The position numbers were made by a program, and so were the translations under genes. This document shows positions 48,073-57,700 of a stretch of 64,000 nucleotides of DNA, one piece after another. Location of the stretch: positions 34,269 to 98,268 of the IMG/VR virus record IMGVR_UViG_3300025121_000030; one strand, 5' to 3'. The DNA is from a virus. Each line of letters opens with the position of its first letter. Positions within the stretch are counted from its first letter, which is position 1. The notes under the pieces were generated by a model. The model saw only the letters and a list, made by a program, of their open reading frames with translations, was not told where the DNA came from and made no database searches.

Positions 48073-49419
48073 TTGAGAGTATATGTCAAAAATTTAAGAA
48101 ACGAACCATTAATGCCTTGCTCTGAACAAAAAGCAAGAAAATTATTAAAAGAAAAGAAGGCAAAAGTTATTGAAATTAAACCTTTTACAATTAAATTATT
48201 ATTTCCAACAGGAGAAGCAAAACAAGAAATTATACTTGGAATTGATAGTGGTTATATGAATATTGGTTTTAGTGCAATAACTGAAAAGAGAGAATTAATT
48301 TCTGGTGAAGTTAAACTTCTTCAAGGTATGAAAGAAAGATTACTAGAAAGATCAAGATACAGAGGAATTAGACGGTCAAGATTAAGATACAGAAAAGCAC
48401 GATGGAGTAATAGAACTAAATCAAAACCAAAAGGTTGGCTTGCTCCTAGCTTGCAACATAAATTAGATTCTCATATTAAATTTATAGATAGTTTATATAA
48501 GATATTACCAATAACCAAATGCATTATTGAAGTAGCAAATTTTGATATTCAAAAGATGAAGAACGATACTATTAGTGGTAAAGAATATCAACAAGGTGAT
48601 ATGATAGGATTTTGGAATACTAGAGAATATGTTCTTCATAGGGACAATCATAAATGTCAAAATCCTAATTGTACTAACAAAGATAAAAAACAAATATTAG
48701 AAGTACATCATATTAAATTTAAACATTTAGGTGGTACTGATGCTCCAAGTAATTTAATAACTTTATGCAATAAATGTCATACATCACCTAATCATAAAAA
48801 GGGTAAGTTTCTATATGATTGGTGCATTGAAGGTAAGAAAGTTAGAGGATTTAAGGATGCTACTTTTATGAGTATGGTTAGATGGTATTTAGTTAATCAG
48901 TTAAAAGAATTACATGAAAATATCAATGTAACATATGGTTATATAACTAAGAATCATAGGATAGAAAACAAGATTGAAAAAACTCATTACAATGATGCAT
49001 TTGCAATTACTAAAGGTATTAATCAAGTTAGAAGCACTAAAATACATGAAGTTAAGCAGTCAAGAAGAAATAATAGAAGCTTAGAAATGTTTTATGATGC
49101 GAAGTACACTGATACAAGAAATGGTGAAAAAGTAAGTGGTGGAGATTTGAATAATGGAAGAAGAACAAGGAATAAGAATTTAAACTCTGAAAATCTTCAT
49201 CAATATAGAGGTGAAAAACTATCAAAAGGACAAAGAAGAATAAGAAAGGTTAGATATTTTTATCAACCAAATGATTTGGTTAAATATGATGGAAAAGTAT
49301 ATACAGTAAGAGGAACTCAAAATGGTGGAGCATATATAAGATTAAATGAAATTAAAAAAGTACCTAGAGTTAATTTATTAATTCCTTATAAATTCAATAA
49401 AGGGATAGTGTGGTGTTAA
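48073..49419 (+). CDS. iscB: RNA-guided endonuclease IscB
   Basis: PLMP N-terminus; RuvC-I GIDSG; Arg-rich bridge helix; RuvC-II IEVANFD; HNH (EVHH..NLITLC..CH); RuvC-III HYNDA. Confidence 0.95.
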   Translation: MRVYVKNLRNEPLMPCSEQKARKLLKEKKAKVIEIKPFTIKLLFPTGEAKQEIILGIDSGYMNIGFSAITEKRELISGEVKLLQGMKERLLERSRYRGIRRSRLRYRKARWSNRTKSKPKGWLAPSLQHKLDSHIKFIDSLYKILPITKCIIEVANFDIQKMKNDTISGKEYQQGDMIGFWNTREYVLHRDNHKCQNPNCTNKDKKQILEVHHIKFKHLGGTDAPSNLITLCNKCHTSPNHKKGKFLYDWCIEGKKVRGFKDATFMSMVRWYLVNQLKELHENINVTYGYITKNHRIENKIEKTHYNDAFAITKGINQVRSTKIHEVKQSRRNNRSLEMFYDAKYTDTRNGEKVSGGDLNNGRRTRNKNLNSENLHQYRGEKLSKGQRRIRKVRYFYQPNDLVKYDGKVYTVRGTQNGGAYIRLNEIKKVPRVNLLIPYKFNKGIVWC

Positions 49420-49424
49420 TGACA

Positions 49425-49826
49425 ATGGATTATATTAGTCAAAATCATTCAAAACATTTGTTGATGGTGCATTTAATATTTTCATGTAAGTATCGTAAGA
49501 AGTTATTAAATAGATTTGGGAAACAGATTAAACAGATATTGTATGACATTGCAGAAGAAAAAGATTTAAATATAATTGAAATGGAAGTAGACAAAGATCA
49601 TATTCATTTATTAGTAAGTTATAATCCAACTCAATCTGTATTAGATGTTGTAAGGTTATTAAAACAAATATCCACATATAGAATATGGAGACAGAACAAT
49701 AATCATATTTACTTAAAGAAACAGTTTTGGGTTGAGAAAACATTTTGGGGAGATGGATATTTTGCTTGTAGTATAGGACAGGTTTCAAAAGAAACAATTG
49801 AAAAGTATATTCAGAACCAAGGCTAA
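49425..49826 (+). CDS. tnpA: IS200-type Y1 transposase
   Basis: HLIFSCKYR, DHIHLL (HUH), FWGDGYF, IEKYIQNQ. Confidence 0.92.
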   Translation: MDYISQNHSKHLLMVHLIFSCKYRKKLLNRFGKQIKQILYDIAEEKDLNIIEMEVDKDHIHLLVSYNPTQSVLDVVRLLKQISTYRIWRQNNNHIYLKKQFWVEKTFWGDGYFACSIGQVSKETIEKYIQNQG

Positions 49827-49886
49827 AATAAGACGGTATTCATCCCCTACCCTAAAGGGATATGGGCTTTCTACCTAATTCGTTGT

Positions 49887-50228
49887 AAATATTTAGATAA
49901 ACATAATATATTATACACACCACAATATAAATTTGATGATTTAAAAGGTAATACAAATAAAAAACATTTGAAATTTGATTTTGCTATACATAATATAAAT
50001 AGTGAAATAATTTATTTAATAGAATATGATGGAGAATTTCATTTTAAACCAGCAAGATTTAGTAAAGATAAGAAAAAGATGCTTGACAAGTTAAAGAAAA
50101 TACAAATATATGATATAAAGAAAAATTTATATTGTGCTAAAAACGATATTCAATTAATCCGTATTCCCTATTGGGAATTCAATAATATTGAAAAATATTT
50201 AGATTATTATTTCAAATTTCAAAGATAA
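49887..50228 (+). pseudogene. 3' remnant of a PD-(D/E)XK endonuclease gene; its 5' stub (IGRKFTYEE) lies at 47799-47825 region before the IS
   Basis: KYLDKHNILYTPQYKFDDL...LKFDFAI...LIEYDGEFHF...LIRIPYWE resumes right after the IS end. Confidence 0.7.
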
Positions 50229-50386
50229 AAGTTTATTCTTGATTAAAGTTTAAACAGTAAAGACTAGAGCGGAAAGTTTGATTAAATCCCTGGTATACGG
50301 TTTAGTATAATTGTATTTGACTATAGGTTAACCGCAGGGCTGGAGAGTGGTAAATAACTAAAATTTGATATAAGTGATTAGGTTTA

Positions 50387-50422
50387 AAGAGTGGAGATTA
50401 TATGTCTCTGCTCTTTTTATTT
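50387..50422 (+). terminator. Rho-independent terminator
   Basis: aaagagtggagat...gtctctgctcttt plus T-run. Confidence 0.65.
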
Positions 50423-50505
50423 ATTGTAGATTAATATACATTACTATAATGCAATGTATATTTTTGTATTATAAATATATAAATTTAAATTAAAGGAGTG
50501 ATTTA

Positions 50506-51507
50506 ATGTCTGATAATATAGATAAACATATGTTACGTCCCATAGCAGATAAATTATATGAAATAACTGATGAAATGTGGAATAAAATAAATTCTGATAA
50601 TAGAGAATTAGTTGAAGAATTTCTTAAAGTAAATAAACAATTATCACCAAGAACTATCGAAGTTTATACCTCGGCATTGAGACAATTTTTTTGGTTTATT
50701 TATGATAATTTAAAAGATAAACCATATTACAAAATTAGTAAAAGAGATTTTATGAAATATATGAGTTATCTTCAAGAAAGAGGATTATCATCTAGTGCTA
50801 TTGGATTAAGAAAATCTAGTGTATCTAGTTTTTGTAATTATATTGAAAATATTGTAGCAGATGACATTGAAGAAGCAAATAATTTTAGGAATTTTACAAG
50901 AGGTATGCCCTCAGTAGTTAAAAATAAAGTTTATGACAAAACACCTATTACTCATGAAGAATATGAATTATTAATAAAAACATTAGAAGAAAGAAAAGAT
51001 TATCTTGGTTTAGCATGGGTTGCTACTGCATTTAATGTTGGTAGTAGACGAGCAGAAATTATACAATTAAAAACAGAAATATTAGATTATCCTATTCAGG
51101 AAGGTAAAAATTATATTGTGAGTCATGTCGTGATGGGAAAAGGCTCCTCTGGTGGCAAGCCTTTGAAATACATGGTTAACAAAGAAGCACTTCATTATAT
51201 GAGATTATGGGTAGAAAATAGAAAATATGATTCTGAATATATTTTTGTTGTTAAATATGGTGGTAAAATAAATCCTATCTCAAGAAATTGGGCAAATAGA
51301 TTTTGTAAAGAAGCATTATCACCTATTCTCAAAAAACGGATTCATCCGCATATGTTCAAAGCCTCTTGCATAACTTACCTTTTAAGTATTGGTAAGAATT
51401 TACAGTCTATTTCCAAATTTGTAGCGATGCATAATGATACTTCAACTACCTCAAATTTTTATGATTTAAGAGATTTTGAAGATGAAAAAAATGATATATT
51501 TGATTAA
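50506..51507 (+). CDS. Tyrosine recombinase (YomM-like)
   Basis: SPRT..Y N-terminal SAM-like domain; GSRRAE (catalytic R); HPHMFKAS; H....T..FY. Confidence 0.85.
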   Translation: MSDNIDKHMLRPIADKLYEITDEMWNKINSDNRELVEEFLKVNKQLSPRTIEVYTSALRQFFWFIYDNLKDKPYYKISKRDFMKYMSYLQERGLSSSAIGLRKSSVSSFCNYIENIVADDIEEANNFRNFTRGMPSVVKNKVYDKTPITHEEYELLIKTLEERKDYLGLAWVATAFNVGSRRAEIIQLKTEILDYPIQEGKNYIVSHVVMGKGSSGGKPLKYMVNKEALHYMRLWVENRKYDSEYIFVVKYGGKINPISRNWANRFCKEALSPILKKRIHPHMFKASCITYLLSIGKNLQSISKFVAMHNDTSTTSNFYDLRDFEDEKNDIFD

Positions 51508-51540
51508 ATATCATAACCAAAACCGCTTTGATCATGATAT
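51508..51540. repeat. Imperfect palindromic site, copy c, abutting the recombinase stop
   Basis: atatcata-accaaa-accgc-tttgat-catgatat. Confidence 0.45.
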
Positions 51541-51749
51541 ATGATCCCACAAACCCAATAAAATCAACACTTTTTAAATTACAAAACATTACATAAAATT
51601 AAATAATTAGAAATAAGTGGTTGAAATATTACAATTCTATTTAACAATATCAGTATTTCAACTACTGCTTGTAGTTATTTAAAAAATTATTATAATTATT
51701 AAATCTAATTAATGATAAGATTATAAAATTATAAAGGAGGTAATTTTAA

Positions 51750-54700
51750 ATGTCTCAAGATATCTCAATTCTCATTAAGACTAAGATCGATACTTCACAG
51801 CAACAGATAACTTCATTAGAAGAGCAAATTGCATCCCTATCATCTAAAATTAAAACTGCCATATCAGTAAAATTAAATATAGATTCTAAAGATATACAAT
51901 TAATTACAGAAAAAATAAAAGAGGCACAAGAAAAAGCATCTTCAGGTGGTAAAAAACAAATACAAGTTGGAGATTTTAGCGAAGCAGCTAGTAAAATGCA
52001 AAAAATGATGACTGATATAAAAAGAATTGAATCAGAATTTGCTCATTTAGGTGATAATCTTTCAGTTAAACAAGTATTTGCTAGTGCTACTAGTGATTTA
52101 AAAAGATTTGAAGTAAGTGTTGAACAACTTAACGGAAAAATAAAAGAGGTTTTTAAATTTCCTGTTACTATGGGTACAATTAAAGGTGCTGATGGGATAC
52201 AAGAACAAATATTAAAAATGGGCGACGTTTCAATGGCATCTAAAGCGTCTGCTGATAAAATTATTAAAGATACAAATGCTAAAAAACAAGTAATTAGTGA
52301 AGAAATTGTTAAAATGAATGAATTAATTCTCCTATATAAATCAGGTGTTAAAGTAGGAGGAGAATTTATTACTGCTGCAAATAAAATGTTCTCTAGTCAA
52401 AATACTTCAAAATTTTCAAATGAAGAATTACAAACAAGAGCATCTTTATTAAAACTATTAACACAAGAACAAAATAAATATAATAATGCTCAAAAAGGTT
52501 CTACTAATGCAAATACGGGAACAGTTAATAAAGAAATTAGTGCACTTGATAAATTAATTCTTCAATATAAAGCATTAAGTATAAGTGCCGAAAAGTTTAA
52601 AGAATTAGGTACAAATATGCTTAATTCTATGCCTAGTGGTTCTATAGTAGATTTACAGGAAAGAAAAAAGTTAATTGATGCATTAAAGATTGCACAAAAA
52701 GAACTTGATGCTTCTATTTCTAAACCAAAAACTGATACATCTGTAACTAAGGAAATTAGTGAAGTTGATAATTTAATTTTAAAATATAAAGCGGCAACAA
52801 TTTCTGCGAAAGAGTTTATGGATGCAGGAAATAAATTGTATGATAGTGGTAAATTATCAGGAAAAACTACAGCAGATTTACAAGAAAGAGCAAGATTAAT
52901 TCAAGCATTAAAAGGAGCAGAAAAAGAATATTACTCAAGTATAGGTCAAGAAAGTAAAAATAATTTAAGTATTGTTAATTCTGCTTATACTCAACAAGAA
53001 CAAGCATTGAAGAATATATTTGCTTTGTCAAAACAAAGGATAGATGCTGAAAAAAATGGATATGTTGAATTAACTACTCAATTAAAAGAACAAATAAGAT
53101 TAGAAGGGCAAAAACTTGTATTAGCAAGAAGTGATATTAAATCTAATTCATTAACTAATTCTGTAAAAGAAATAGAATTGTTAAATTTAAAAAATAATTT
53201 ACAAACAGATTATAATAATAAAAAATCTAAAGAAGCAGATATAACTAGACAAAATTTAAATAATGATCAACAATTATTAAAAAGAACGCTAACAACTATG
53301 ACAGCAGATATTCAGAAATTTCAGAGACAATATGCCGGTTTATATGATTCATCTAAATTAAATCAGATTACAACTGACTTGAAAAATCTAAAAATATCTC
53401 CTAATTTAAGTAATGATATTGCTAATTTAAAAGCAAATTTTTCAGCATTGCAGAAAGAAGCATATGCAACGTCCTCTGGATTACAACAAGCTAATAAACA
53501 AGTTATGAGTATTGGAGATGCACTTCAAACGGCAGGAAGTAAATTTGGAATATGGATAATTATGTCATCCCTGGTAATGGGTGTCATTCACAGAATTACT
53601 GAATCATTTGATTATATGTTAGAACAGACAAAATTATTTACTAATTTACAGATGGAGATGACAAATCAAAATCTTAAATTTAATGAGGTTACTCAAAGTG
53701 CTTTAGATTATGCAAAAGCAATGGGTACTACAAGTTCTGAGGTTATGAAAGCGATAAGTGTGTTCGGAACCTATACATCTTCAATGGATCAAGTTTTAGA
53801 ACGTAGTGAAGCAGCAATTGTTCTTAGTAATATATCAGGACGTAGTATTTTGGAAGTTTCCGATGATTTAATGGCAGCACAAACCCAGTTTAAATTAGGT
53901 TCAAATCAATTAATGTCAATTGTGGATACATATGCTTCTGTAGCAAGAAATTTACAAGTTGATTTTCCAAAAGCGTTGGGGGAAATATCTTCAGGATTAA
54001 AATATGTTGGATCAGTGGCAGCAGAAGCAAAAATGCCTATCCAAGATTTAATTGCGATCCAAGGAACGCTGGTGGAAGTTACCAGGCGTTCAGGTTCACA
54101 AATTTCCAACGGACTCAAGACAATTTTTTCCAGAATTGCTAACGTAGGTGAAGAAGCAAATCCTGAAGAATTTAAAAAAGTTGAAAAAGTTTTTTATGAT
54201 ATGGGTATTAGTATCAAAGAAAATGCTGATACTATAAAGCCAATGAATCAGATATTGAAGGAAACTGCTGAACGCTGGAAGACACTTAATGACATTCAAC
54301 GTCAAGAATTAGCTACAGGTGCTGCAAATATGTATCAACGTAACATATTTGTTGCTTTAATGAATAATTTCGACAATGTTCTACAAAATACAGAATCTGC
54401 TTATAACAGCGAATCAGTTGCAATGCAGAAGCAAGATATTTATATGAAATCTTTATATGCATCTCTACAAAAATTACAAAATGCCTTTGAACAACTATAT
54501 AAAAATACTATTAGCACATCATTATGGAAACAATTATTAGATGGAATAACATCTATAATGGATGGATTTAATAGTCTTTCTGCTATAGTTGGTGGATTTC
54601 CTGCTTTAATGGCAACTGCGATATCTTCTGTAGCCCTGTTTTCTACTAAATCAAGAGAAAAATTTTCGACTTTACTTGGTTCCGTAACATATAGAGGATT

Positions 54701-57700
54701 ATCTGCTGGCCAACAAGGAGCAGCATTACCACCAGGAATGAGTAATTATTCTGCACAAATACCTATACTTAATAAAATTATTTCTTCTATAAAACAAATC
54801 AATACTTTAGGTAATACTAGAATTAATTTTTTAGATTCATTATCTAGTTTTACAAGAAATATATCAGGAAAAGCAATTAGTTCTTTTAATTCATTAAAAA
54901 CATCAATAATTAATACAGTAAATGCAACAAAAAGTTTAGGTGTTATAGGCACTACAAGTAAAATGTTTACATTATTAGGCAATGGTATTAAAGGTGCTAC
55001 TTTAGCATTAGGTAGTTATATAACAGCTGCAAATATGGCTAAAATAGCAACAATAGGTTTGCAAACTGTAATGTCAATGGGAATGATGGTTGTTTTTTCA
55101 TTGGTAATAGGTCAAGTTTTTAAATTAGCAGATTCTTTCCTTCACGCTAAAGAAAAACAACAAGAATTATTTGAATCATTAAAAAATGATGTGTCTACAT
55201 TAACTTCAGAAATTTCTGATTCAGAGAAATTAATTAAAACTTACAATGATTTATCACAAGCAACGTCCCTTACATCAGATCAAAAACAAAAATTAGCAGA
55301 TGTTACGGAAAAATTATCTGCACTCTATCCCTCTGCAATCTCACAATTTGATGCAGAAGGAAATGCCATCTCCTTAAATTCAGGTAAACTACAAGAATAC
55401 TTAGACTTAAAAGAGCAAGAATTAAATTTAAAACGTCAAGAAATGTCAGAACAATTTTATAAAACTGGCAATAAGGATGTTAATAACCTACTAACTAATG
55501 AAAAAAATATAAAATCCAAAATGGATCAATTAGCAGAGTATGAAAAAAATCAAAAAAGATTTTTAGATTCTGGAGATGCAAAAACTGATAAAACAGGATA
55601 TAAAAAAGTATTAGAAGATATAAATAGAACAAAAAAAGAATTGTTAGAATTAAAATCAGAATCAATAAAAATTACTGATGAATTAAAAACTAAACTTACA
55701 GCAACATTACAAAATAATGATGAATTTAAAGATTTTAAACCACAAGAATTAGATAATTTTATTAGTAGTTTATTAAAATCACAAGATGTATTAGAGCAAA
55801 TAAAAAAATCTGGTGGTATAGAAATATTTTCTGCTAATTTAATAGATAATGGTTTTGCTAGTGCATTTAGTAATATTAATAAGGAATTTAATTATTTAAG
55901 TAAAAATACTAATAAGACACAAAAAGATATAGATGAATTTAATAATAATGCGGTTAGTAAATTAACAGAGAAATTAAGTTATCTAGGCAATCCTGTTGCA
56001 GAGAACGTAGCAAAAGTAATAACAGATAAATTTGGTTTATCAATAAGTGAAGTAAAAGAAAAAATATTTGATTTTAATGGTGCTATAGAATCAATCCAAA
56101 AAACAACAACTGATACATCAGATAAAATAGAATTATACAATCAACTATTAGAAAAATCTAAAGAATCCAATAATGATGCAGCTCAAGAAGTAATGAAACA
56201 CGTTGATAAACATAAAGATTTATATGATGTTGTTGATGTTGAAAATGGAATGTTGGTATTAAATACTTCTAAACTTGAAGATTTAAGAAGTAAAACAATT
56301 GAAACAGCAATGGTAACTACTAAAGCAGAAATAGCAAAAGCTGAAGTAGTATCTATTCAAACACAGGCAAGATTAGCACAATATGATTTAGAAATTGAAA
56401 AATTAAATACATTAATAAGTTTACAAAATTCATATGAAAATATTAGTAAAATTATAGACAGTCAAGTTGTATCAGGTGATCTTTCAAGAGTAGAGGCTGT
56501 AGAAAGATTGGCACAGGCAAGCAGAGATATAGGAGATGTATATGTTGCTAATAAATTAAAAGAAGTAAAAACTCTTGAAGATGCAAAAAAAGTATATGGT
56601 GAATGGAGAAATTCACAAGGTTATGATGAATATGAAGATTCAAAAGAATCAGATGCAATGTGGGAAAAGATTAAAGGATATGTTAAATTAAAAGATGCTG
56701 TAGAAAAGGCTAATGCAGTTATTAATTCTCCTAATCTTGGTATTAAAGACTCAAAAGACACTGCATCAGCAAAATCAGCAGAAGCATTAGCATGGGAAAA
56801 AGTAACAAATGAAATAAAAACTTACGATAATGCTCTTAAATCACTAGAAGATACTACTTCTAATATGATTAAAGGGAGTAAAGAACGAAGAGATGCTTTA
56901 CACAATGAGAATCTAAAAATAAAGGAACAAATTGACTATTTAAAACAACAAAGAGATGGGTTAAATGCTCCATTAATTACCAATATACCTTCTACAACTA
57001 CTTCTACTACAGGAAATGCTACTTCTGCTTTAAGTAAATATAAAATATCACCTGATATTTCTAATGCAGTTAATACTATTTCTCAAAAATATAATGTTGA
57101 TCCTGCTTTAATTTATGCTATTGGTCAACATGAAACTGGTTGGGGAAAACTTGGCGATGGTAGAAAAGGGATGTATACTGGTTATGGTTCATATGATAGT
57201 GGTTCTGATTATGGATATTCTGGTTTAGAAAAACAAATAACTGGTACAGTAAAAAAAATGCTTGCTTGGGGAATGACACTAGGCAATGTTAGTTTAGAAA
57301 AATTAAATCAAGGGAATAGTGGTAATTTACCTACAGGTATATATGCCACAGATAAAAATTGGCAAAATAATATATGGAAATATTATAAAGAATTTAATAA
57401 TGGTATGGTAACAGATACTTCCTCTTCTAAATCTGAATTAACAACTGAAAAACTACTAGAAGATCGTATCAAACACCAAGAAGAAATAAACTCTAAAATA
57501 TTAGAATTAGAGAAGAAATTTGCTCAAAATTCTAAAGAATGGTATACAGATCTATGGCAAGAAACTGATAATATAATTGCTGAATTTGAACAAAAAAGCA
57601 ATTTTTCAAAATCTAAATCAGAAAGTATGTCTAAATCTTCTCCTGAATACAGAGATGAATTAGAAATTCAGAAATTTAATACTACAGGTATTCAAAAACA

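Larger units (their letters stand above)
47826..49884 (+). mobile_element. IS200/IS605-family element with omegaRNA, iscB and tnpA
   Basis: Starts GTCAAC; related subterminal hairpins with cctaaagg loops at ~47834-57 and ~49844-66; 3' boundary approximate. Confidence 0.85.

Noticed and set aside
48073-49419. Cas9 or TnpB
   Set aside because: The PLMP domain, 448-aa size, HNH insert and upstream omegaRNA identify IscB.
50506-51507. Prophage integrase marking an att boundary
   Set aside because: Phage structural genes continue on both sides; the position matches the internal SPbeta yomM-type recombinase.
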